From contig MRSU01006864.1 of assembly GCA_008369845.1 (NCBI GenBank), forward strand, positions 1 to 64,000: a stretch of 64,000 nucleotides of DNA, given 5' to 3'. The first letter of the stretch is position 1. Each line of letters starts with the position of its first letter. Of the stretch, positions 1 through 10,550 are shown one piece after another. Origin of the DNA: Trichomonas gallinae. Taxonomy: Eukaryota. The notes beneath the pieces are model-generated. The model ran no database searches, was not told where the DNA came from, and saw only the letters and a program-made list of their open reading frames with translations. Made by a program: the position numbers and the translations under genes.

Positions 1-190
1 CACCTTAATTTTTCCGCCAAAGGTTATTCTATGGCGAGGGCCTTCACCATACTATTGGCTGGCATGGCACGAGCCTTAATTTGCTATTAGAATTTTGCTA
101 TAAAAATGCAGAGAACTCGAAAAATAAAAAAGAAGGTCTCAAAATTAACGTACAATTGAAACGTTTTTTGTTTTTTTTTTTTAGAAAAAA

Positions 191-922
191 ATGTTTGACG
201 AGGAGGAGTGTATATATAACTTAATTCCCAAGCCACCTCCGGTCATTGTCAAGGAGCCACTCCACAAGAGCAAGTTCCAAGACCAAACACAATTCATGAC
301 CGCCAAAAAACGTTCACATGCAACAATGGGTCCGCATCCAGATACAATCAAGCGCTCCCCGAAGAATTACGTGAAGAAGGGTGAAGTAATCTCAAAGAGA
401 GAGCTTCCTCCAAAGACTAGAACAATTACAAAAGGAAATGAAGGACTTAATAAACCGCCAGTTCCCAAAGCTAAAGAAATTCCGAAAATTAAAGATAACC
501 CGAAGCGAAATTACGTTCTTGAGAACTGGAAGCAAGCTCCGAAGACGAGGAAGCTTCATCCAGAAAAGCCTGAAACATGGTATACAGACAAACCAGAATA
601 CGGCCAGGTTCCAGGATATATGGAGAGGGTTAAGAAAGAGGCAGCAGATGAAACAGAGTATTGGGATAATGTCCGTGAGTCGATGATGCCAGAAGATACA
701 GAAACAAGGTGCCGCTTACTTTCCGAAGAGGAGCGTATCGAAATCCTTAATGGTCTTTATGCTAACCTCGCTGAGAATAAGAAGCGCTACGCTTCCCTCA
801 GTTTTGGTCAGGATAACCTTTCCTTCCGCCGCAAGAAGGAAGAAATGGAACGCGAAGCTGCTCAGCTTGAAGCAGATATTAAGACATTCGAGCGTCCAAA
901 TGTTTACATAACAGAGACTTAA
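191..922 (+). CDS. ENKUR: Enkurin-like flagellar/calmodulin-binding protein
   Basis: 243 aa ORF. The N-terminal EECIYNLIP and the C-terminal enkurin domain pattern (YGQVPGYM...RLLSEEERIEIL...RKKEEMERE...LEADIKTFERPNVYI) are recognisable. Confidence 0.85.
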   Translation: MFDEEECIYNLIPKPPPVIVKEPLHKSKFQDQTQFMTAKKRSHATMGPHPDTIKRSPKNYVKKGEVISKRELPPKTRTITKGNEGLNKPPVPKAKEIPKIKDNPKRNYVLENWKQAPKTRKLHPEKPETWYTDKPEYGQVPGYMERVKKEAADETEYWDNVRESMMPEDTETRCRLLSEEERIEILNGLYANLAENKKRYASLSFGQDNLSFRRKKEEMEREAAQLEADIKTFERPNVYITET

Positions 923-1050
923 TTTTATTTCTCAGATAAATATTTGCAATACTTACTAAACACGTATATACTTAATTTTGTTAATTTAATATATTTTTCT
1001 CTTCCAAATGTCAACATAACGTATAAATTTATATCACAAATATTTCATTA

Positions 1051-1630
1051 TTAATCTGTTGCTGTCACAAAACATCTGATAACAATCATATAAAGCTATA
1101 CTATTATAATGACCAAAATATTCGATGATACTATACTGAATTTCAATCAAGAAAATTCTGGTAATTTATATGCTGTTATAACAAAGCATCTGAGAACAAT
1201 CACATCAAAATATATTATTATTATAATGACTAAAAGATATGAAAACAATATCATTCTCAAAAGATATAAATTTGTAAACTTCATATGTTGTATCATAAAG
1301 GATCTGATGATAACCACTCAAAAATACTCTATTATGATGACCAAAAGATCTGAATTAGTAAACTTAATGAAAATCTCAAAAGATCTATTAAAAGATCGAT
1401 TAAATTATATGTTGATATCACAAAATGTCAGATTATTATCACATAAAAATGTATTATTATAATGAGCAAAGGATCTGGTAACAATATCACAAAAAATCTG
1501 ATAATTTATCTTTTGTTATCTTAAAACATCTGATAACAATCACTTTAAACTACATTATTATAATGACCCAAATATCTGATAATTTATCTGATTTAATCAT
1601 AAAAAATCTGATAACAATGTCAGATCAGAT
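1051..1630. repeat. Degenerate tandem repeat, about 5 units of 100-125 bp
   Basis: TATTAT(A/G)ATGA recurs at 1102, 1219, 1330, 1455 and 1556. ATCTGATAA-like words recur about 10 times (e.g. 1074, 1528, 1574, 1606). Confidence 0.8.
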
Positions 1631-1886
1631 CATTTCTTAAACAAGATGATAGATGAAAATATTATCATTATATATATCAATCACAAAATGTCTGAAAGTT
1701 CATATGAGACTGCGTAAAATTTGTTTACCGTACATTATTATAAATATATGACTGACATATTTAGAATAATGCAAATAATTAAAAACTGGCCGGAATAAAG
1801 ATCAAGATAAAATTCCCGATGCCATCAACAAATGTAAAATGTCAGAATGTCAAAATAATTGTCAATTTTGGAATAAATATTTGTCA

Positions 1887-2570
1887 ATGAGTTTTTTCCG
1901 CAACAAGAACCAGAAGAAGGCATATGTTACGTTGAAAAATATGTGCCTCGTTGACATACCACCGCATGGTACTCCCATTTTTATCAAAATTAAGCAAGAA
2001 AGAAATTTTGAATACACTTCAGCAAGCGTAAACATATCAAACAACACTGCAAAATGGACCGAGCCGGCAGATGTAAAGTGCTACATTGCCAGCAGCTCCA
2101 CAGAAAAGCACACAAAGCCTTTAAGATTATCATTTCGTCTTGAAGATTCAACTGGCAAAGATTTCACGAGATACGGTATCGCAGAAATAGATTGTACGAC
2201 TGCATATTACGAAAAAATTCAAAATGTCGAGATTTTGCTTTCTAATTGCACATATAACACGAAATTTAAATGCTCTATTGAAGTTAGTACAACTAAAAAC
2301 GGACAACCAAACTCATTGGAGGTAGGATTAGGAATTAAAGCAATGCCTGTTCCTGATTATTCAGTCATGTCAAACTCAATTACAGAAAGATCAGTTGGCG
2401 CCCTTGTCACAAACGCTAGAACAGGTGGAACAACTGTCAGCTTCACGGCGCCAAAAGAACCGTGGGAATTAGCACCAGTTCCTATTTCTGCCAAAAAATA
2501 TCAAGAATTAGAAGCTCAAGTTGATGAAATACTGTCTAAAATTATCATTGATTCAGCTCAGATAGAATAA
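1887..2570 (+). CDS. NT-type C2 domain protein (EEIG1/EHBP1-like N-terminal C2)
   Basis: Beta-rich N-terminus (VTLKNM..IFIKIK..SNNTAKW..LRLSFRLED..RYGIAEID) fits NT-C2. The ATG at 1887 (MSFFRNK) is preferred over 1839. Confidence 0.65.
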   Translation: MSFFRNKNQKKAYVTLKNMCLVDIPPHGTPIFIKIKQERNFEYTSASVNISNNTAKWTEPADVKCYIASSSTEKHTKPLRLSFRLEDSTGKDFTRYGIAEIDCTTAYYEKIQNVEILLSNCTYNTKFKCSIEVSTTKNGQPNSLEVGLGIKAMPVPDYSVMSNSITERSVGALVTNARTGGTTVSFTAPKEPWELAPVPISAKKYQELEAQVDEILSKIIIDSAQIE

Positions 2571-3527
2571 ATTTGTCTTTTATTTATATTTTGAAATAAT
2601 GTCATATTTTTTCTGTTGATGAAATGAAATGATTTGCCTTTCAGTCTAATTAAAGCTATATTGACTGATCTAATATCATTGAGATGGAAGATGAGCATGA
2701 TCAAGATATTGCATCTATTTAATCTTATTTTCAAGAGAAACATCAGCTGACAATTCTCAGCTACACTATATTTTCTTAAGAAAGGCAAAATTTAAAACTC
2801 ACACGCATAAATATCGAACTTCGATTATATTGAAAGAATGCATGAAGTAAGTTAACGTTCATATGACGGTTTCTATATGCAAATCGACTCTTATTGTAAT
2901 ATAACTTCATCTTCAAAATGAACTCGATCATAAAATCAAATCGCACAAAAAAAATTTAGATGACCAAAACAGCATATTGCACCCTCGTTCTCTAATCATC
3001 TGCTTCAAAGCAAATGAAGGCACAAAGCTTAAAGTTGCAAGAAAAATCAATATGATGTTATTCATTTCTATGGATGGAAAATCGCTCACATATTGCTCAG
3101 TCATGGTATATAACAACTAGACCAGCATTTTATTGTTGCGACAAAGACTTCAGTCCAAATTTACTTGATTCTTAATATGATAATATCTTTATAATTTTCC
3201 TTTCATACTTTAATTCATGTAAATCATAGAAAAAGTACCAAAGTTTTCCCATTTTGCTTTTGCAGATATTATATCAACAATGGATATTCTTTAGTTTTGA
3301 AGAGCCCATTAGATAAGGTTATTTTTAAAATTGAAACATTTATCGATATTTAGATATAACAAATGTAATTTATTGGACCATTTCGAAAAATTTCGATGCC
3401 TCTCAAACATTTCTGTGTGATTATCCTCAGAATAACGAAAGTCACAAAATATCGCTGTATGTGTTTTATGGGTGTATTTTGCGCCGAAATTTTTTGAATA
3501 ACAAAAAACCACTTCATTTCGTATTAC

Positions 3528-4076
3528 ATGAGCGTCATTGATGCGATAAGCGCCAGAAGGACAATCAGGAATTACATCCAGGGCCAGGAAGTTCCAAAGG
3601 AAGACATCGACAAAATCCTCAACGCTGCTTTAACATCACCATCTGCTGTTGACTACCAAGGAATCGATATCCATGTCATCAGAACGAAAGATCTCATGAA
3701 AAAGATCGAAGATAAGACAGTTGCTGCCCTTCCTGAGCATGCAGCTAAGTACTTCCTTCATCGCCATGAAGAGCTCGGCGTTGAAAACGTTATAACATGC
3801 GATGCACCAGTTCTCTTTGTATTCGTAAAGAATGAGAGAGCAAACGACGCTTATGCATACATTGATTGCGGCATTATTGTTGAGGCCATTATTTTAATGG
3901 CTCAAAGCATGGGATATTCAACAATGTGCATCGGAGCTATTGGCCTTGCCGATCTTGAGGAGCCACTTGGTGTCCCAAAGGGAAAGGCCGTTATGGGACT
4001 TGCAATGGGAAAGGCAGCCGCAGAGCAGCATTTACACGATAGAGTTATCAAAGCTAAGATTGTATACAGAGATTAA
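3528..4076 (+). CDS. Nitroreductase family protein (FMN-dependent)
   Basis: Motifs AISARRTIRNY, AALTSPSAVDYQ, DAPVLFV and IDCGII..IILMAQSMGYST. An initiator-like TCATTT lies just upstream of the ATG. Confidence 0.92.
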   Translation: MSVIDAISARRTIRNYIQGQEVPKEDIDKILNAALTSPSAVDYQGIDIHVIRTKDLMKKIEDKTVAALPEHAAKYFLHRHEELGVENVITCDAPVLFVFVKNERANDAYAYIDCGIIVEAIILMAQSMGYSTMCIGAIGLADLEEPLGVPKGKAVMGLAMGKAAAEQHLHDRVIKAKIVYRD

Positions 4077-4086
4077 ATAGATATAT

Positions 4087-7000
4087 TTATTCAACTTTTT
4101 GTCTTTCCAATGGAATTATAATTTGCGATATAATTGACTGAAAGTCGATTGCAATAATGGCAACTGAATCCTTATTTCTAAATGTACGGATGCTTTTAGC
4201 TACAAAGCCATCTTTCAAATCTATCTTTGCAAAATTATCGAAATTATTTGCACCGAAAATGCTAGCAATAGGAGTGATAAATGCCTTTGACTTACAAAAT
4301 GCAATAAACAAAGGCGGGCCAACTCCATCAATTTCAACAGATCCGATTGCTGATAAATTATCAGTAATTTGAATTGTTGAAATAGGTCGATCATTGCTTT
4401 GAGATATCCTGTGGAATATCACAGAGTTCATCTGCATGGTTGCAATCAATGGAACAAAATCAAACAAGCAAATCTTTTCCGTTCCTGCAGGGGCTACAAA
4501 CCTCGACACTCTGTCGCCTCTAACATCAAAAACTTCAACAAATCCGCTGGCTGTAAGATATGCTGTGATGTGAAGTCTTTCAGATGTTGCCTTATCGAGT
4601 ACTTTTGGAGATAACAATGGCGGAATTTTTGCGTTTTTATCTACTTGATCGGAAATTGCAATTTCACTAATGTTATTGTCTTTGAAAGAGAATTTCGCGT
4701 TGAGAAGGTCCTTGTATTCCATTTTTGCATAATTAGTATATTCCTTTGTATTACATGCATTTATTGACATATTAAGGCCGCCTTTGATCTTCTTCATTTG
4801 TGTTAGATTCATTGCTATAGATAAAATATTTTCACGCGCCGCGGTGGAATAAATAGGATTCTTGATTATGACATCCCCTTTTTCATCATTGAACATCAAT
4901 TGTGAATCATTGGACTGCAATAATGCACCTAATAACCTGCTGGTATTTCCTGAGAAAACATTATTCAGATTAATCATTTCATAGTCTGTTATCTCTCCTT
5001 GAATCCATCTAAGGATGAAATCATTTGCAGTCTTGTCAATTTTTTCTTGGATTTTCATGCAGTAAAATCTTCCGTCGTCTAATACAATTGTTGTGATTTC
5101 CTCATTCTGAAATGCATATGATACCTTTGACATCTTAAATTTGTGGCACTCCCATTTATCATTAAATTTGTAGGCAATAATACAGTTATTTTGGTCAAAC
5201 TTTATATAGGAATCTAAAACATCGTTTTTGTTTTTGATGTATTGTGAATTAAGGGTTATCTTAATAGAATCTTCATCAAACTGATGCTTTCTGATGATTT
5301 TTGCGCGTGTAGAGGAGTTTTGAAGGGCCAAATCTAGGCGATGCTTAACAACGAAGTTTCTACATTCTGCCATCTGCATCATTTTTTCGTATTTCTTGTA
5401 GACTCGTCTTTCGAGAAGTTTTTCAATCGATATCTGGGAATAAACTTCTTCAATATTGTTCAAGACATTATTATTGTCATCGTTAAATATTTTGGCTTTG
5501 ACTTTATTGAAAATCTCCTTAACAGGATCTGTTATATTAGTTAAATTATCTATAATTGATTTTATATTATTGACGGCGAATTCTGGATCGAATGTTCTTG
5601 GATCATATCCGAAGAAAGAACCTTGTAACTTCCATGCTGCTCTGAATTCCAAGAGAATCTGCGAATTGTGCACATTTACTTCGCTGAAAAGATTATCGAG
5701 TTTTGTGTAATTGTCGAGTGATAAACGCCTTTCTTCTTCATCCCTGCATAAAAATCCAAGAAGTAAGGCATCATTATTTGATCCTGGTTTATGAGAAATA
5801 AGTAGTCTTAAGTAATTGACAAGGAGAGTTAATTCGTCTTGTGAAATGTCATAGATGTAATATCCAGCGATGAAGCAATAAACTTGATAAAGAGGATTAG
5901 ATTCTTCCGGCCAGCTTGACTCGAGAAGTTTGAAAACATCTTGTATAGTGAACAATTTACTGAGCATTGGTAGGCGGAATGCTCTATTGAGAGTATTTCT
6001 TGACGCTTTAGGTGGTGACCATAAAAGACCTCGTGGGGTGAACTGGAAATCATATGGAAACATTTGATCTATACATGCGTCAGTAGGAATCACCGCTTTT
6101 GGATATACATTCAATGGAAGTGGGAACAATGCAAGTGCGGCAAGTTTTTGAATTCTGAGTTTGTCGCAGCGTGTTTCCCTATATAAGACTCCCTTCAGAA
6201 TTGGAAGAAGAGGCATTCCATCGCTTCCTTCGGCAAGCAATGTACCATCCATGAACGGTGTCAGGTATCCGAACATCGAATTTATTGCAGAAAGAATGGC
6301 ATCAGAATTTGCAGAGTGACAATAAATATTGCCAATGACATCACACATAGATGAGTAGCAATCATCATAGTGTCTGTTCAGAAGAAGGTATAATACCCAA
6401 ACTATCCAATCGTTTTCTTGAGCAATTACAGAAGAGTTTCTAAATATATAAAAGACGAAGCATTCAAAGTCACTTTGTGACATCGCGATTGCAAAATGGC
6501 AGAAAAGCGGTAACAAACATAAATTAACTTTGTTGATTAGGTTAGATGGAGAAGAGCTGATTAATTCTATTAACTTATTTGTAATATTTGTGCTTTCTGG
6601 AAGCTTGCTGAAATTCCATTTAGTTGAAGAAACAACGGATAAAATTGATTTTTCGAGGTTCGCTCTTTTAGTGTCGAATTTTGTGTACGTGTCAATGAGG
6701 AACTTGAGTGTGATTTCCAGGTACTTCAGGTCGAGTTCTTGAGTTATTGTTGAAAGAAGATCCTGATTTATGAGATTTGCGTAATGAAGCCAGTAGTTTT
6801 CAGAGTTGACAATGTGAACGTTATACTTCGGATACTTCGAATGAACTTCATTATAAAGGAAATTCAATATTGCAAGAGAAAAGTCAGAATTATCGTTGCG
6901 ATCTTTGTTTGCCATGTTAAGTATGAACAATTGATCATCTAAAGTAAAAGAATCCTGCAGCTTTTGTTTGCATATTTCGAAAATTGCTTCAATGGCTTTT

Positions 7001-10000
7001 GTATTGTTTTCTTCATACTCTTTTTCTAAATGCAAGATGTACTGAAAAATCGAAGGCAAATGCGGTAAATATTCTATGCAAATATTTTGGCTAGCCCATG
7101 TAATATAATTAGATCTAAAATCATTGTCTTTGATTCTTGACCAGATTTCTGTGTTGATGAATATATACTTAAACATCTGAATTCTTTCTGATAGATTATC
7201 ATATATAGTTATCAAACTGTCGAACATTGACTGCGAAAACATTTCTGATGGGAAAGAAGCAATAATCTGCCCAAGAACAACAAATGATTTGTCCTTCAAA
7301 AATTTGGATTCAAGTGCTTTGTCTTGTATTAAGTTTTTGATTAGTTCGCATACTTGGCAGAAATATTCGATCTTTTCTTCAGTATTTGTGTTTTCGACGT
7401 TATCAAGTAAACTATACTCAAATAATCTCGTGAATATCTTGATACCGCCGATCTGGCTGATTGATTGGTTGACTGATTGCATCGGGCGGTCGATATCCTT
7501 CTCCATGAGGACTCCAATGAATGTCCATGGTTTAATGGCTTCAAGAGTTTTCGGCGTCAAACTTGTTTTGCCTTCAGATGACCACGTTGATGGGTTGACT
7601 GATAGGAAAATTGAGCTGAAGTCTTCTTTATTCATCATCTCGTGAATGTTTTCTTTCATCAAATGGAAATAACTGACATTCACAGGCTGAGAATTTGCCT
7701 TGCTACCTTCTCCGAACAAAACAAAGTTTGAATCTATTTTAATTTTTGGAATATCAAACTCAGTTTTATGATCATCAATGGTTATTACAACATGGGCAAT
7801 ATCCTTCAAGTTTTGCTTTTGTAGTGAAAAAGCAATCGTCCACGGGCCATCTCCTTCAAGTTTTCCAATGCTATTACTGTTTGTTGAAACAAAAATTTCA
7901 TCTTGTTCAACATATAAACGTAAACCAGGAATATTTAATATTTCTCGTGATACATTAAGACCTGGTATATGTTCGAAAGCAAACTTCGTGATGAATGTGA
8001 AATTGTTTGATTTAGGGAATGTGACAGTGAAACGATCTGTGTCATATAAGTTGAAGCATCCGTCAAAATATTTTGGAACTTTTACGAGATCAATTATATC
8101 TGGAAGAATACTTTTACCAGAAGAAACTCTCATTGATTTATTGTTTGGATCAAGAAGATTAACTAGATTAATCATTGTACTATTTGATACAGTGACATTG
8201 CACATCGATTTTATTAGATTTAGAGCACTCTTCTGTAAAGAATTATATTCTCCATTTTCCTTTCTTCCGATTTTCAATTTGGAGATAATATAATCGATAA
8301 CAGTTGGATGATTCTTACATGAAGCAGTAATTAGTCTAAAAGTATTTCTTACAGAAAACCTGCAGCAGTCGGAAAGGAAATCTAGAAGTTCAACGAGCTG
8401 GTCTGTGTCACTGAGAATTTCAATTAACTGCGGCAAAACTTTTTGGTCAGGTAAAACAATTGGACTTGAAATATCTTCTCTTCTGAAACATATTGTCTTT
8501 AAGTGCTTGATGATAAGATCAGTGCCAATCTCATAATTTTTCTTGTAAATCTCTAGCTTGGACATGAAGTTAGGAATCTCTTGAGACTTATCTCGTTGGT
8601 CAAACTTTATATATGAATCTAAATGCTTGACAATGAAATGAAGAATTGCTTCTGTTAGTTTTGTGTCGTGGGCTTCCATCATTGCTTGGCCGAGCATGTC
8701 CAAGTGTATACTTTCGATGGCATAGCCTTCAACTTTCATTAGAAGCACTTGAAGAATCGGAATTGATTTGTTGTCACCGTTTACAATGTTTTCGAGAAAT
8801 GTTCGGATTTTGTAACTTAATGATGATTTGGCTGATAGGCTGATGATCTTGAGAACTGCATCTTGCGCATTTTCCTCATAAAGAAGGAAAATCATGACAT
8901 CTAAAATCTCATTTATAAGAATTTGATCGCTGTATTTGACTACGATTTGAAATATCACAGAAACTAAATAATTGCGGATTTTGGTTAATTTTTCGTCCCT
9001 TTCGATTTTTGATAATTTTTCAATTTGTTTTGCAATGCATTCCCAAATCGTGTAGTAGCGCATTGTGTTGTTTTGTCGATCCTTTGGAGCCTTAGATGTT
9101 TCGTTGATGTTGTTTAAAGCGAATGGAATGACTTGTATCAAATTATATAGCGAATTCAATCCAAAATCTTCTAAAATTTTGAAATCATCTTTTTCAATCT
9201 TTATCTTTGAGAAGCAATTGAGAATTCTGTCACGGATACTCATAATTTGTTGATAAAATATATCATCTTCATGAGTAAAATCTGTAAATTTGTCGCTGAA
9301 AAGTTTTGTTGCAAGAAAATATTTCAAATCAGAAGAAAGAGGGCTGACACCTTCAACTTCAAATATCCTCAATAAAACTTCAGCAATATAAAGTGAGATT
9401 GAATCAATTTTCGATAGATAACGTTCAAATACGTATTTCATGTGATCTGAACTTAGTTCTTTGAACTTCTGAATGCTGCAAATATTAAATATCTCTCCTA
9501 TAAGTTCATTTTCCGACGAATCTGCAAATAAAGAAATGCTTTTTCCGCCTGGCAACTCATTTAATTGAATTGGATTCGTGTTGTTGCGGATTTCATATGT
9601 AATTTCTATTTCTTGGATCTCATCAATCTGTGTTGAACGTTCAAATGCGTTTTCAGGAATTGTTGTTCTGAATTCAGTGGATTTAATAAGGAAATGGATG
9701 AATTTCCAATAAAACTCGACATTCATCGGAAACTCGATTGCAGTCCATTGAATATGATTGTTTTGAATAAGTTTTATAATCTTTTGAATGATTTTGTGGC
9801 AATCATCGAAATTTTTATCAGAAAGATTAATTTCAGATGCAATATCAATGAAATCACTGTAGCTGATGATGTTTTCCCTGATAGAAATGATGTCTATGTA
9901 TTGATTAAGTAGAGAATAATAATCATTAGGATGAACTACCCATTTAATATGGCGAAATGCATTCAATAAATATTCGTTTCCGATAATTTGCGATGGTAAT

Positions 10001-10512
10001 TTATAGGCTGCGCATAATAAGTAAAGAGATTTTGTAAAAATTTGAAATTTAAAATTATTGTTTTCAATTTTCTTGTATAAATTATCCAGCGATGCTAGAA
10101 TTGGCTTAATGATTATCGAAATCTCCTTATTTAGGCTGCCTGGTGCATTTTCTAGGATTTTTGTAATATTATCCAGCTTATTCATGCATGTTTCTGCTGT
10201 AATTACATCATATTCGCCTTGATTAGTAATTTCAATCGTAAATTGATAAAAAAGAGCGCAAATAATTCTTAAACATGTATTTTTTTGTGAATTTTCAAAC
10301 TTTGATATCCAATTGTCCGTGAGGAACTGCATTGACTCTTCAGGAATATCGTTACCGAGCACAGTAATTATCTGGTCCTTAAAATCTTTTGCACTTGTAT
10401 CAAATTCTGCTGGTTGTATTTGTCCCTGCTTTCCAGAACTGATGATGTTCTTTAGAATGCTCTTCTTGAAGATGCTTTTCCATGTCTTGTAGCATTCTTC
10501 ATCAAACATCAT
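4087..10512 (-). CDS. Beige/BEACH-family-like large protein with degenerate BEACH and C-terminal beta-repeat region
   Basis: 2141 aa ORF. It has a ConA-like beta region followed by SISQIGGIKIFTRLF (neurobeachin-type helical region) and RWIQGEITDYEMINLNNVFSG, which resembles the BEACH start motif. Confidence 0.65.
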   Translation of the reverse strand: MMFDEECYKTWKSIFKKSILKNIISSGKQGQIQPAEFDTSAKDFKDQIITVLGNDIPEESMQFLTDNWISKFENSQKNTCLRIICALFYQFTIEITNQGEYDVITAETCMNKLDNITKILENAPGSLNKEISIIIKPILASLDNLYKKIENNNFKFQIFTKSLYLLCAAYKLPSQIIGNEYLLNAFRHIKWVVHPNDYYSLLNQYIDIISIRENIISYSDFIDIASEINLSDKNFDDCHKIIQKIIKLIQNNHIQWTAIEFPMNVEFYWKFIHFLIKSTEFRTTIPENAFERSTQIDEIQEIEITYEIRNNTNPIQLNELPGGKSISLFADSSENELIGEIFNICSIQKFKELSSDHMKYVFERYLSKIDSISLYIAEVLLRIFEVEGVSPLSSDLKYFLATKLFSDKFTDFTHEDDIFYQQIMSIRDRILNCFSKIKIEKDDFKILEDFGLNSLYNLIQVIPFALNNINETSKAPKDRQNNTMRYYTIWECIAKQIEKLSKIERDEKLTKIRNYLVSVIFQIVVKYSDQILINEILDVMIFLLYEENAQDAVLKIISLSAKSSLSYKIRTFLENIVNGDNKSIPILQVLLMKVEGYAIESIHLDMLGQAMMEAHDTKLTEAILHFIVKHLDSYIKFDQRDKSQEIPNFMSKLEIYKKNYEIGTDLIIKHLKTICFRREDISSPIVLPDQKVLPQLIEILSDTDQLVELLDFLSDCCRFSVRNTFRLITASCKNHPTVIDYIISKLKIGRKENGEYNSLQKSALNLIKSMCNVTVSNSTMINLVNLLDPNNKSMRVSSGKSILPDIIDLVKVPKYFDGCFNLYDTDRFTVTFPKSNNFTFITKFAFEHIPGLNVSREILNIPGLRLYVEQDEIFVSTNSNSIGKLEGDGPWTIAFSLQKQNLKDIAHVVITIDDHKTEFDIPKIKIDSNFVLFGEGSKANSQPVNVSYFHLMKENIHEMMNKEDFSSIFLSVNPSTWSSEGKTSLTPKTLEAIKPWTFIGVLMEKDIDRPMQSVNQSISQIGGIKIFTRLFEYSLLDNVENTNTEEKIEYFCQVCELIKNLIQDKALESKFLKDKSFVVLGQIIASFPSEMFSQSMFDSLITIYDNLSERIQMFKYIFINTEIWSRIKDNDFRSNYITWASQNICIEYLPHLPSIFQYILHLEKEYEENNTKAIEAIFEICKQKLQDSFTLDDQLFILNMANKDRNDNSDFSLAILNFLYNEVHSKYPKYNVHIVNSENYWLHYANLINQDLLSTITQELDLKYLEITLKFLIDTYTKFDTKRANLEKSILSVVSSTKWNFSKLPESTNITNKLIELISSSPSNLINKVNLCLLPLFCHFAIAMSQSDFECFVFYIFRNSSVIAQENDWIVWVLYLLLNRHYDDCYSSMCDVIGNIYCHSANSDAILSAINSMFGYLTPFMDGTLLAEGSDGMPLLPILKGVLYRETRCDKLRIQKLAALALFPLPLNVYPKAVIPTDACIDQMFPYDFQFTPRGLLWSPPKASRNTLNRAFRLPMLSKLFTIQDVFKLLESSWPEESNPLYQVYCFIAGYYIYDISQDELTLLVNYLRLLISHKPGSNNDALLLGFLCRDEEERRLSLDNYTKLDNLFSEVNVHNSQILLEFRAAWKLQGSFFGYDPRTFDPEFAVNNIKSIIDNLTNITDPVKEIFNKVKAKIFNDDNNNVLNNIEEVYSQISIEKLLERRVYKKYEKMMQMAECRNFVVKHRLDLALQNSSTRAKIIRKHQFDEDSIKITLNSQYIKNKNDVLDSYIKFDQNNCIIAYKFNDKWECHKFKMSKVSYAFQNEEITTIVLDDGRFYCMKIQEKIDKTANDFILRWIQGEITDYEMINLNNVFSGNTSRLLGALLQSNDSQLMFNDEKGDVIIKNPIYSTAARENILSIAMNLTQMKKIKGGLNMSINACNTKEYTNYAKMEYKDLLNAKFSFKDNNISEIAISDQVDKNAKIPPLLSPKVLDKATSERLHITAYLTASGFVEVFDVRGDRVSRFVAPAGTEKICLFDFVPLIATMQMNSVIFHRISQSNDRPISTIQITDNLSAIGSVEIDGVGPPLFIAFCKSKAFITPIASIFGANNFDNFAKIDLKDGFVAKSIRTFRNKDSVAIIAIDFQSIISQIIIPLERQKVE

Positions 10513-10550
10513 AAATTATTGTTGGAAATTTTAAAGTATTTGAAAATTGC

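Noticed and set aside
1109..1462. 117 aa ORF
   Set aside because: It lies entirely within the degenerate tandem repeat and has non-coding composition.
2571..3500. Short ORFs (2558-2788, 2928-3116, 3309-3512) and possible decayed gene
   Set aside because: Non-ATG or weak starts and no recognisable family.
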